In this document: piece after piece, positions 23,761 through 32,000 of the stretch | Layout: the number at the start of each line of letters is the position of its first letter | Position numbering within the stretch: position 1 is the stretch's first letter | Source of the DNA: Candidatus Saccharimonadota bacterium | Lineage (GTDB): Archaea > Nanohalarchaeota > Nanosalinia > Nanosalinales > Nanosalinaceae | Direction of reading: 5' to 3' | Assembly (NCBI RefSeq): GCF_029232205.1 | Contig: NZ_CP107255.1 | Location: 630,001 to 662,000 of the forward strand | DNA: 32,000 nt | Position numbers and translations under genes: made by a program | The notes under the pieces: model-generated | Seen by the model: only the letters and a program-made list of their open reading frames with translations | What the model was told of the DNA's origin: nothing | Databases searched by the model: none

Positions 23761-25358
23761 TGGGAAGATTCCACTCTTCCTTCGTATACATTTCTGGCCA
23801 TGTCTTCTATTTCGGCAGGGTTGAAGTCCAGCCAGCTTGGATCCACTCTGTTGGCGAATTCAAGGAACGAATCTTTTTCCAGGCCTATTCTGAATAGGTC
23901 ATTGATATTCTGGTCAAGTGTGCTTGCCATAATTTCGAGGCCTTCTTCTCTATCTATGTTTTCTTCTTCGACGGAGTCAAGTACGTGTTTGCGGGCCTGT
24001 AGTGAGCCCTGTTTGATCTCTTCCAGCGCCTGTTCTACTGATTCTGTGTCTGATTCCTGGAACTCTATGAAGTCTTTCTCTTCGATCTGAGGCTGGTTGA
24101 TATATCTTGAAGCTTCTTCTTCGATTACGTCCATGCTTTCATTTGCAAATATCGTGTTTCTGATAATATTTGCGCCCAGCTGTCGCTTGGTTCTTCCTCT
24201 GTCTCTTGGCTGGTAAATATTGTTTTCCTCCATCATGCGTGAATTGGCCTTAGAGAAGAATCTCTTCGCCATTGCGGCCTCGTTTTCTATCTCTGCCATT
24301 ACATCAGCCTCTTCTCTAGCATCAGAGTAGTCATGCTGCTGCCCACGAGGCCTTCTGAAGGTATAGCCTTCTCTTTCAGTTCTTAACTGTTCCAGATTGG
24401 TTTCAGGTACATGGTCAAAGTCTTCCTGGATCCTTCTGGCATATTCATCCAGTGACAGGAAATGCATCGTGTTTGGGAAGTATTCTGGATCCCATACACC
24501 ATTTACATCTTCAAGATCGACGTGAGGGTTCCAGAGCTGTTTTTCCTGGTTGGCAGCGACCTTCAGTATAAAGGTAGAGTAGTCCTTTGCTTCTTCAGGA
24601 GAATCATGTTTCGAGAAGAACTCCTCCGCTGTCTCAGATCTCAGGCGCGGTTCATTGTCGCTCGTCATAACCAGGTTTTCTGAAGGAACCTCGAACTCCA
24701 CCATGATAGGGCTAGCATATCCTTCTGCACCATGAATATCTGCACCGTAAACCGCCCACTCGTGAGTACCATCCTCCTGAACACCAGTACCAAGATCTCT
24801 ATGCCTGTTACCTGCCTTAAAATGGCCCTGCTCAAGCACACTATCAGGATTAAACATGTGCCCGATGGTTTTAGGCCTTATACCATCAACCACATTTTCT
24901 TTTCCATATTCTCTGTCAAAGAAGTTATGTCTCTCCCTCCCAGAGTAAAGGACTGCTGAAGAATGCTGAAAAGGGAGAGTAGTAATTTTATCTTCATCAT
25001 AGAAAACCTCTGGATGCCAGGGCACATCAAGCTCAAAATCCCTCATTTTACCCCGACTAACGGCCTCAACAAGCAGTTCCTCCGGTGTATCATACAGGCC
25101 CTCATAGATACTTTCCCCAAAATCATAGTTATCAACTATCTCACGGGCCTCGTCAAAGGCCGCTCTCCTAGTATGCCTGTCAGGCAGCTCATCCTTCCGG
25201 GCCTCGTAAATTGTCTCTCCATATATTCTTGTTAGTTCATCTTCAGAAAGAGATTCCGCTGACTCCATTAACCCTGACTCATCCAAGTAGTCCTGATAAT
25301 CGAAGTCCCTGATTACACCGTGATTGACATCACTATTCTGCTCAACAGCCGACATCAT
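23757..25358 (-). CDS. Large, very acidic hypothetical protein (~533 aa). No family recognised.
   Basis: Long ORF (track: 23757..25379, TTG start). I place the start at the first ATG (MMSAVEQ..., 25358). The acidic composition matches the rest of the proteome. There is no signal peptide or TM segment. Confidence 0.7.
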   Translation of the reverse strand: MMSAVEQNSDVNHGVIRDFDYQDYLDESGLMESAESLSEDELTRIYGETIYEARKDELPDRHTRRAAFDEAREIVDNYDFGESIYEGLYDTPEELLVEAVSRGKMRDFELDVPWHPEVFYDEDKITTLPFQHSSAVLYSGRERHNFFDREYGKENVVDGIRPKTIGHMFNPDSVLEQGHFKAGNRHRDLGTGVQEDGTHEWAVYGADIHGAEGYASPIMVEFEVPSENLVMTSDNEPRLRSETAEEFFSKHDSPEEAKDYSTFILKVAANQEKQLWNPHVDLEDVNGVWDPEYFPNTMHFLSLDEYARRIQEDFDHVPETNLEQLRTEREGYTFRRPRGQQHDYSDAREEADVMAEIENEAAMAKRFFSKANSRMMEENNIYQPRDRGRTKRQLGANIIRNTIFANESMDVIEEEASRYINQPQIEEKDFIEFQESDTESVEQALEEIKQGSLQARKHVLDSVEEENIDREEGLEIMASTLDQNINDLFRIGLEKDSFLEFANRVDPSWLDFNPAEIEDMARNVYEGRVESSH

Positions 25359-25577
25359 GCAACCTTTTGGTGACAACAATTAAGTATTGTTCTTTTCATG
25401 GCATCATTTTTAACGATTAATCAGGTTAGAGAAGTCATGAGCAGCAGAGGTGGACGTTTTTGTCACTGCAGAAATAGGATTTCTGCCTCGAAAAACAGCT
25501 CTCTCAAGTCTGTTTCGACAGGCCTTTAATTCTGAACTTCTAAAACCAGTTATAGCGCTGCTCGGAGCTGAAACTCT

Positions 25578-27038
25578 ATGACACTGAAATTATTCAATAC
25601 ACTGACACGGGAGAAAGAAGAATTCAAACCACTGGAAGAAGGAAAAGTTACTTTTTACAGCTGCGGGCAGACAATCTACGACGACCTCCACATCGGAAAC
25701 GCAAAGGCCTACACCGCATGGGACACACTAACTCGCTACCTGCGGTGGAAAGGATACACAGTACGACACGTACAGAATATTACTGATGTAGGCCACTTGA
25801 CCGATGACGGCGACCAGGGAGAGGATAAAGTCGAGAAACGAGCCAAAGAACTAGGCCTCGAACCCATGGAACTTGTCGAAGACCAGATCGAACGCTACTT
25901 TGAGGACACGAAGGCCTTGAATGTCAAGCGGCAGGATATTGTTCCACGTGCGACAGGACATATTAACGAGATGATTACATACATTCAGCACATTATCAAC
26001 AATGGTTATGCGTATGAGGTTGACGGAAATATCTACTTTGATGTTGAGGCCTTTGCAGAGGATTACCCTTACGGTGAAATGGCGAAGAAGGATATTGAAC
26101 AGTTGAAGGAAGAGGCCCGGAGTCGTGTAGAGCCTGATGAGAACAAGAAAAACCAGTTTGACTTTGCTCTCTGGCTTAACGCCGAGGGAACCGATCATGC
26201 GATGAAGTGGCATGCACACTTTACTATTGAGGGCGAAGAAGTCTACTCAACTGGTTATCCTGGATGGCATCTGGAGTGCTCTATCATGAGCCAGAAATAC
26301 TTGGGAGACGAATTCGATATTCACGCTGGTGGAAAAGACCATATATTCCCTCACCACCCAAACGAGCGTGCGCAGGCCTTTGCAGCGACAGGAAAAGGTC
26401 AGGCCCGTTACTGGATCCACAACGAGTTCATTAATATCGAGGGAGAGAAGATGAGTAAGTCAGAAGGTAACTTCTATACTGTTAGAGAGCTGCTGGAGAA
26501 AGGTTTCAGCGGTGACGCGATCAGGCTTTATCTGATAAGTACTCATTACCGTTCGGAGACTGATTTCTCACTTGAAGGCCTGGAGAAGGCTGAGAAAGAA
26601 CTTAAGAGAGTGAGGAGGACTGTGGAAAAGGTTGGCTACATGGAGGAACCTGAAGGAAAACACAGCTTCGGTGAGCCTGGAGAGTACGAAGGCCTTATCG
26701 GTGATTTCGAGGAAGCGATGGACGATGACCTGAATACGGCAAAGGCCAAACAGGTTTTGATGAAAGCAGTTAACGAGGCGAACTCCATGCTTGAAGACGG
26801 CGATCAACCTGCTGTAGATTACAGCAACGCACTCATTGAGATGTTTGATGTTCTTGGAGTAGATGTAAGGCCCCAGGCCTCTGATTCTGAGTCCGGCATG
26901 GCTGATCTGTTGATGGAGCTTCGTGACGAGGCCCGTGAACAGGAGGACTGGGATACTTCAGATATGATTCGTGATCGATTGGAAGAGCTAGGTTTCGAAG
27001 TTGAGGACACTGATGAAGGCAGTAGATGGCTGAAATAA
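25578..27038 (+). CDS. cysS: Cysteinyl-tRNA synthetase.
   Basis: 486-aa ORF. N-terminus LFNTLTREKEEF, HIGH-type motif DDLHIGNAKAY, KMSKS motif GEKMSKSEGN, and the CysRS-typical WHLECS. Confidence 0.93.
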   Translation: MTLKLFNTLTREKEEFKPLEEGKVTFYSCGQTIYDDLHIGNAKAYTAWDTLTRYLRWKGYTVRHVQNITDVGHLTDDGDQGEDKVEKRAKELGLEPMELVEDQIERYFEDTKALNVKRQDIVPRATGHINEMITYIQHIINNGYAYEVDGNIYFDVEAFAEDYPYGEMAKKDIEQLKEEARSRVEPDENKKNQFDFALWLNAEGTDHAMKWHAHFTIEGEEVYSTGYPGWHLECSIMSQKYLGDEFDIHAGGKDHIFPHHPNERAQAFAATGKGQARYWIHNEFINIEGEKMSKSEGNFYTVRELLEKGFSGDAIRLYLISTHYRSETDFSLEGLEKAEKELKRVRRTVEKVGYMEEPEGKHSFGEPGEYEGLIGDFEEAMDDDLNTAKAKQVLMKAVNEANSMLEDGDQPAVDYSNALIEMFDVLGVDVRPQASDSESGMADLLMELRDEAREQEDWDTSDMIRDRLEELGFEVEDTDEGSRWLK

Positions 27039-27080
27039 GGCCTTTACTCCTTTTCTCTATTTTTAGAAAAAATTGAAGAA

Positions 27081-27440
27081 TTAGAGTTCGAGGTCTCTGA
27101 ATGGTGATGATCCTGGGCCTAGGTGTCTGTGTGTTTGCTGGTTTCTGATCTGTGTTTCTCCTCTTTTCTCGTATTCTTCTTCGGAGAGTTCATGGATGGT
27201 GGTGTACTGTTCGATTGCTTCCTCCACACCCATTCCTCTGACTTCCGGAAACTCTGAGACGTGGATAGCAGGATTGTTTTCCTCGAGGAGTTCGTAAAAC
27301 TCGTCCTCCTCATCCCCACGTGATCTGAACAGTATCCAGCAGTGATCCTCATCAAACCATTCGTAGTCAACTGAGATTTCCCCGTGTTCTTCGGATAAGT
27401 AGTCCGTCACTTCCTTGTATGCATCCAGTACTCGTCCCAT
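27081..27440 (-). CDS. Small acidic hypothetical protein (119 aa).
   Basis: ORF with ATG start and acidic composition like its neighbours. No motif recognised. Confidence 0.55.
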   Translation of the reverse strand: MGRVLDAYKEVTDYLSEEHGEISVDYEWFDEDHCWILFRSRGDEEDEFYELLEENNPAIHVSEFPEVRGMGVEEAIEQYTTIHELSEEEYEKRGETQIRNQQTHRHLGPGSSPFRDLEL

Positions 27441-27607
27441 ACAATTTATTTAGAGAATAACAATTATATTTGGCTCGATACAGGAAGTAAAGCTCTAATT
27501 AAGCGCGAAAGAATTTAAGAAGTAGATTGAGGCTACCTGTATAAGAAAAATCTTGGATGAGAAAAACTAAGGGAGAAAGGCCTTTTGAAGAAGTTATGGC
27601 CTCTAGT

Positions 27608-27751
27608 TTACTTTTGGTCTAGTTCCTTTCTTTTCTTCTGCTTGTGATTGGTTTCGTCGCCGAAGATTTCGTCTGCTCTCTCATCTGAAATTCCTAGCAT
27701 TTCCTTTGCCTCATCTAACTGCTTGCGGGCATTGTCTTCTTTTCTGCTCAT
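27608..27751 (-). CDS. Candidate micro-ORF (47 aa), hypothetical.
   Basis: My translation: MSRKEDNARKQLDEAKEMLGISDERADEIFGDETNHKQKKRKELDQK*. AAGAGGAGAA lies about 16 nt upstream of the ATG. It sits 36 nt downstream of the DHH gene on the same strand and is below the ORF-track cut-off. Coding status is unproven. Confidence 0.3.
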   Translation of the reverse strand: MSRKEDNARKQLDEAKEMLGISDERADEIFGDETNHKQKKRKELDQK

Positions 27752-27787
27752 GGTAAACTATCTAGTTCTCCTCTTTTTAAACAGTTT

Positions 27788-28888
27788 TTATCCTTCCTGT
27801 TTAACCAGCTGTTTGAAGTTCTCCTTGAAATCCTCGAAATATTTTTCTGGCATTGAGGCCCCAGCTGCTTTTCTGTGGCCTCCCGCTTCTGCGCCTTCTT
27901 CAACTGCTTTCTCCGGGAGAGCTTCCTGCATTAGTTCTCCAAGATCTACTCTGCCACTCTGGCATCTGGCGGAGATGTTGATTTCCTCATCTCTCTGAAT
28001 CACGAGGTGGATCCACTCCGGAGTCTTTGTGGACATGTTCGTTGCAATCGATGAGGTGATGTGGAAATCGGAGTCCAGCTCGAAGAAGATTATGCATTGC
28101 TCTCTGTCGATTTCTCTTTCTTCCTCATAGTTCTCCATTACCTCGTTGAACTCATCCTGCATCTCAAGGTATACTTCATAGACCTGTCGGTACTCCTCCT
28201 GGGCCTCAAGTTCTTTGAGATCATTTGATTTCATGAGGGCCTCATATGCCAGTTTTGCGAAGTGTGCTGAATCTCTGTAAGGCTTTATGTTGAGGACTGA
28301 TGAGTATCGGCCGTACTCGCAGTTTTTGGCCAGTTCCTGTTGTGAAAGTTCTTCCGGGAAGAATTCCTTGTAGTCCTGCTTGAGTTCTTCGAAAAGTTCT
28401 GGGCACGAGTCTACGCCGAAGTCCTGTATAATTCCAAGGCCTGCAACCCATTTGAGTTCTTCCTCCAGCTCAAAGCTTTTGGATATGTCAAGGCAGATCT
28501 TGCTGCACGGAACGTATACGTCTGCGTCGTACTGTCTTGGATTTACGAATGGAATGTCCGGTACACGGTCAAAGCCGTGGTGATCGACTACAAGGACGTC
28601 TTGATCCTGGTTGAGTTCCTCAAGTTCGTCGGCCTTAAGGTTAAAGTCCAGAACAATTAGTTTGTCGGCGTCCTCAAGTTTCTCGTGGTCCTTTTCACCT
28701 AAGTGGTATGCTCTTTCGCTTGGAATCATTACTTCGTCTGCTGGACGGCCTCTAACCTTCTTGAGAATTTTAGAAGTAATTACAGCGCTGGAAGTTCCAT
28801 CCATATCCCAGTGATGGATAACTACAACTCTATCGTCTTCCTCGATATTTTGAATAAAGTCTACAGCTGGCCCTACTTTCTCTGTCAT
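27788..28888 (-). CDS. DHH/DHHA1-family phosphoesterase (RecJ/GAN-like or nanoRNase-like).
   Basis: DHH motifs VVVIHHWDMDGTSSAV (H-x-D-x-DG) and VLVVDHHG, plus the DHHA1 motif GGHRKAAGA. The track ORF starts at 28957, but the ATG at 28888 (MTEKVGP...) is preceded by GAGGTGATC, a full match to the canonical anti-Shine-Dalgarno complement. Using 28888 also removes the 53-nt overlap with ileS. Confidence 0.8.
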   Translation of the reverse strand: MTEKVGPAVDFIQNIEEDDRVVVIHHWDMDGTSSAVITSKILKKVRGRPADEVMIPSERAYHLGEKDHEKLEDADKLIVLDFNLKADELEELNQDQDVLVVDHHGFDRVPDIPFVNPRQYDADVYVPCSKICLDISKSFELEEELKWVAGLGIIQDFGVDSCPELFEELKQDYKEFFPEELSQQELAKNCEYGRYSSVLNIKPYRDSAHFAKLAYEALMKSNDLKELEAQEEYRQVYEVYLEMQDEFNEVMENYEEEREIDREQCIIFFELDSDFHITSSIATNMSTKTPEWIHLVIQRDEEINISARCQSGRVDLGELMQEALPEKAVEEGAEAGGHRKAAGASMPEKYFEDFKENFKQLVKQEG

Positions 28889-28904
28889 TTCTTGATCACC
28901 TCTG

Positions 28905-31900
28905 TTACTGTACAGGCCTTGAAAAGCTGTAACTGACTTTTCTGTCTTCGAATTCAACGCTGCCTGAGAATTCCAGTTCTCTACCTTCGAAGTCGATTGA
29001 TTCGACGTTTACTCTGTCTCTGACAGTTTCCACGTTTTCCTCAACCGGTTCAATGTCTCCTCCAAATGAGACATCTACCTTGTCCTCGACTTCAAGTTCG
29101 GCCTCTTTACGGGCTTGTTGTAGTTCTCTGAGAACTTCAGCTACCAGGGCCTCATCCTTGAGCTCTTCTGTCATTTCGTCGTCGATATAGACTGTTCCTT
29201 CGGAAAATTCTTCGCCCTCCATTCCTTCTGGAACAAAGCTTCTGACCTCGAACATGTCAGAGCTCAGCTCGTGGCCTTCGACTTCTATCGATTCGCCGTC
29301 TTCGATTTTATCAGCAAGCTCGTTGTGATCCATATCAGCCAGAGAAGATTCTACTGATTTGACATCTCCACCGAGTTCAGGCCCGGCTTTTGCATAGTCA
29401 AGCTTGACTTCATAGTCAAGTTCGACCTTTTCAAAGGCCACATCCTTGGTATTCAGTCGTTCCTCGAGAAGTTCTTCAAGGCTTTCTACGGCCTCCTTGA
29501 CTTCTGCGTTGCCTGATACAGTTACTTTCTGGACAGGGTGTCGAAGCTTGATTCCTTTCTCCTGTCTTAATCTTGCGACAGCTTCCTCTATGTCCTGAAA
29601 AATGCTCATTTCTCGTTCCAGTGCTTCGTCAATGAACTCTTCCTGTACTTCTGGGTAATCCAGCATGTGGATTGAGTCTTCATCGTCGTAAAGGTACTCT
29701 GTAAGGTATGGCAGGAATGGTGAAAGAACTTGTAGAAGCTCGTCGCATACCTTGCGCAGAGTCCATTCAGCAGCCTTCCTGTCATCTCCTTCGTATCCTG
29801 GACGTAGCCTGTCACGAACCATCTTGATGTATCCACGGGAAAGATCTTCCTTCGTGAATCTTTCTACTTCCTGAGCGGCCTTGAAGGCCTGGTAGTTAGG
29901 CTCGGTAGAGTACTCTCTTACATCTCTGACAAGAGTGTTCAGCCGCGATAGAATCCATTCATCCTCAGTGTTGAGGTTGTCAGGCCTTTCTCTATCCTCT
30001 GTGTACGTGTCTTTGTAGTTGTATGTGTTCCAGAGGATGTTCATGAACTCCTGGTTCTCATCCATCTTGTCCCATGTAAAGTTGAGATCATCTGAAGGAT
30101 CTCCGGACAGGATAAAGAATCTAAGTACGTCACGGCCGTATTTCTCTATGGCCTCTCCTGGAGAGACTACAATACCTTTGGATTTCGACATTTCTTTGCC
30201 GTCAAGCATTACTTTGCCGTGGTAGATGACGTTGTTGAACGGTTTCTGATCGTATGTCATGTGTGAGGTGATGAACTGACTGTTCCACCATCCACGGATC
30301 TGATCGAATCCTTCAAGCTCCAAGTCCACAGGATTGTGGTCCTCGAACGAGAAATCGATCGCTGGGTGTTTGAGCGAGGCCCATGGAGCGACTCCTGAAT
30401 CGAACCATACATCCAGTACGTCAGGAATTCTCTCCATTGTGCCACCACATTCCTCACAGTCAAGCTCTACATTGTCAATGTAAGGCCTGTGTAGGTCGTC
30501 AGGCACTTCCGGTAGCTCGGATCTATCTCCGATAACCTTGGTGTGATCGCAGTCGTTACATTCCCAGATAGGTAGTGGGATTCCCCAGTAACGCTGTCTA
30601 GATACAGGCCAGTCTCCAAGCTGTTCAAGCCATTCATGGAATTTCTGTCCGGCCCAGTCAGGAACCCAGTTTACCTCTTCATTGCTTTCAATCAGTTCGT
30701 CTCTGAACTTTGTAGCTCCGAAGAACCACTGAGGGATCGAAAGCTGTAGAAGCGGAGTATCACATCTCCAGCACTTTGGATACTCGTGCCGGATCTCTCC
30801 CGAGTAAAGCAATGCTTCTCCAAGATCCTCCTTGATCTCTGGGTCGGCATCCTTCACGTATAGGCCTTCGTATGGGCCTGCTTCTTCTGTGAACTCTCCT
30901 TTCAGATTGACTGGAGAGATCTGTTTAATATCATTTTCCTGGCCTACCTCGTAGTCCTCTTTACCGTGTCCTGGTGCTGAGTGTACGAGGCCTGTTCCTC
31001 CTTCAAGGTCGACGTAGCGATCAGAAAGAACTACTTTACCCTGTACGCCTTCCTGTGCCGGAACTTTGTCTTCCAGAGGATGACCATATTCAAGGCCTTC
31101 AAGTTCTTCTCCCGTTACCTCTTTCAGTACTTCATGGTCTTCTACCCCGAACTTGCTCATTATTGTATCTACAAGTTCTGAGGCCATCCAGATCTTTCTC
31201 TCGTTGAATTCTACTAGCGAGTACTGGTAGCTTGGGCCTACCATGATTGCTGCGTTTGCTGGCAGTGTCCATGGAGTGGTGGTCCAAATCAGTAACTCTT
31301 CGTCGGAGTCCTTGACTGGCATTGCCACGTAGACTTCCGGGTCGTTTAGTTTAGTATATTCGATTTCGTTGTATGCTACTGCTGTCTCGCAGCGTGTGCA
31401 GATGTGTACAGGGTACTGATCCTTGTACAGGAAGTCTTTTTCGAAGGCCTTTTGGAATGTCTGCCACGCACCCTCAATGTAGTAGTCGTGGTAGGTTACG
31501 TACGGGTTTTCCCAGTCCATCCAGACTCCCATATCTTCGAAGTCGTGATTCATCTGTTCGATGTGCTGGTCGACGAATTTCTGACATTCCTTGATGAAGT
31601 TCTCCACTCCAAAGTCTTCAATATCTTTTTTCGAGTTGAATCCTTTCTCTTCCTCCACCTTATTTTCGATAGGGAGGCCGTGAGTATCGTAACCCGGCTG
31701 GCTGTGTACATTGTAGCCAAGCTTCCTGTGGAATCGCAGGTAGAAATCCTTCAGAATCTTGTTAAGGCCTGTACCCATGTGAATGTTTCCTGATGCGTAT
31801 GGAGGCCCGTCTAGAAAGTAGAATCGGTCGTTTCCCTTGTTTCTGTTCAGTACTTTTTGCCTTGTATCATTATTGTTCCATTGCTGGAGAACTGTTTCTT

Positions 31901-31928
31901 CAATTTTTTCTGGATTGTAGTCGGTCAT
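28905..31928 (-). CDS. ileS: Isoleucyl-tRNA synthetase.
   Basis: 1007-aa ORF. FYFLDGPPYASGNIHMGTGLNK (HIGH-type motif), KMSKSKG, WPVSRQRYWGIPLPIW, and Zn-binding CWRC / C..C pairs, typical of archaeal IleRS. Confidence 0.93.
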   Translation of the reverse strand: MTDYNPEKIEETVLQQWNNNDTRQKVLNRNKGNDRFYFLDGPPYASGNIHMGTGLNKILKDFYLRFHRKLGYNVHSQPGYDTHGLPIENKVEEEKGFNSKKDIEDFGVENFIKECQKFVDQHIEQMNHDFEDMGVWMDWENPYVTYHDYYIEGAWQTFQKAFEKDFLYKDQYPVHICTRCETAVAYNEIEYTKLNDPEVYVAMPVKDSDEELLIWTTTPWTLPANAAIMVGPSYQYSLVEFNERKIWMASELVDTIMSKFGVEDHEVLKEVTGEELEGLEYGHPLEDKVPAQEGVQGKVVLSDRYVDLEGGTGLVHSAPGHGKEDYEVGQENDIKQISPVNLKGEFTEEAGPYEGLYVKDADPEIKEDLGEALLYSGEIRHEYPKCWRCDTPLLQLSIPQWFFGATKFRDELIESNEEVNWVPDWAGQKFHEWLEQLGDWPVSRQRYWGIPLPIWECNDCDHTKVIGDRSELPEVPDDLHRPYIDNVELDCEECGGTMERIPDVLDVWFDSGVAPWASLKHPAIDFSFEDHNPVDLELEGFDQIRGWWNSQFITSHMTYDQKPFNNVIYHGKVMLDGKEMSKSKGIVVSPGEAIEKYGRDVLRFFILSGDPSDDLNFTWDKMDENQEFMNILWNTYNYKDTYTEDRERPDNLNTEDEWILSRLNTLVRDVREYSTEPNYQAFKAAQEVERFTKEDLSRGYIKMVRDRLRPGYEGDDRKAAEWTLRKVCDELLQVLSPFLPYLTEYLYDDEDSIHMLDYPEVQEEFIDEALEREMSIFQDIEEAVARLRQEKGIKLRHPVQKVTVSGNAEVKEAVESLEELLEERLNTKDVAFEKVELDYEVKLDYAKAGPELGGDVKSVESSLADMDHNELADKIEDGESIEVEGHELSSDMFEVRSFVPEGMEGEEFSEGTVYIDDEMTEELKDEALVAEVLRELQQARKEAELEVEDKVDVSFGGDIEPVEENVETVRDRVNVESIDFEGRELEFSGSVEFEDRKVSYSFSRPVQ

Positions 31929-32000
31929 ACACCGATTTCGGACTTGGAATGTTAAAAGTATTTTGAGGAGGCTGTTTTTACCAGCTAGAATAACAGTGGA

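Noticed and set aside
27648-27998. 116-aa plus-strand S/L-rich ORF.
   Set aside because: It is mostly antisense to the DHH gene's DHHA1 region and overlaps the candidate micro-ORF. It is low-complexity and has a non-canonical start.
1-32000. CRISPR arrays, transposases or IS elements, integrases, toxin-antitoxin pairs, restriction-modification genes or known defence systems.
   Set aside because: I looked for spaced direct repeats, terminal inverted repeats and characteristic catalytic motifs (DDE, tyrosine or serine recombinase, Cas) in all six frames of the ORF track and found none.

Overview
The window looks like archaeal chromosome. It carries Orc1/Cdc6, an SRP (7S) RNA, ileS, cysS and tRNA-Cys(GCA). 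The predicted proteins are strongly acidic and the genes are tightly packed, often with GTG/TTG starts. This suggests a salt-in halophile, possibly a small-genome DPANN or Nanohaloarchaeota-like lineage, but that is inference only. About 46% of the window (14.9 kb) is five giant paralogous multi-LamG (concanavalin-A-like lectin fold) surface protein genes: three in tandem on the minus strand (221..9545) and two on the plus strand (11053..13647, 19704..22889). In the three tandem genes the C-terminal LamG domain is interrupted at the same point by three unrelated inserted modules. A second accessory feature is four Nudix genes carrying five Nudix boxes (18481..23760), four of them one MutT-like paralogue, with one LamG giant sitting inside the array. 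RNA features missing from the ORF track are an SRP RNA (minus strand, ~13660..13934, under a spurious 109-aa ORF) and a tRNA-Cys (16752..16822). The tRNA has atypical D/T loops, and an exact 13-nt copy of its 5' end lies 97 bp upstream. The strongest sequence-level signal is a large excess of the palindrome AGGCCT. I counted about 80 copies by hand against roughly 5-7 expected from composition, in all codon phases, on both strands and in intergenic DNA. I found no CRISPR array, transposase, integrase or recognisable defence system. All domain calls come from motif recognition by eye and need profile or structure searches.
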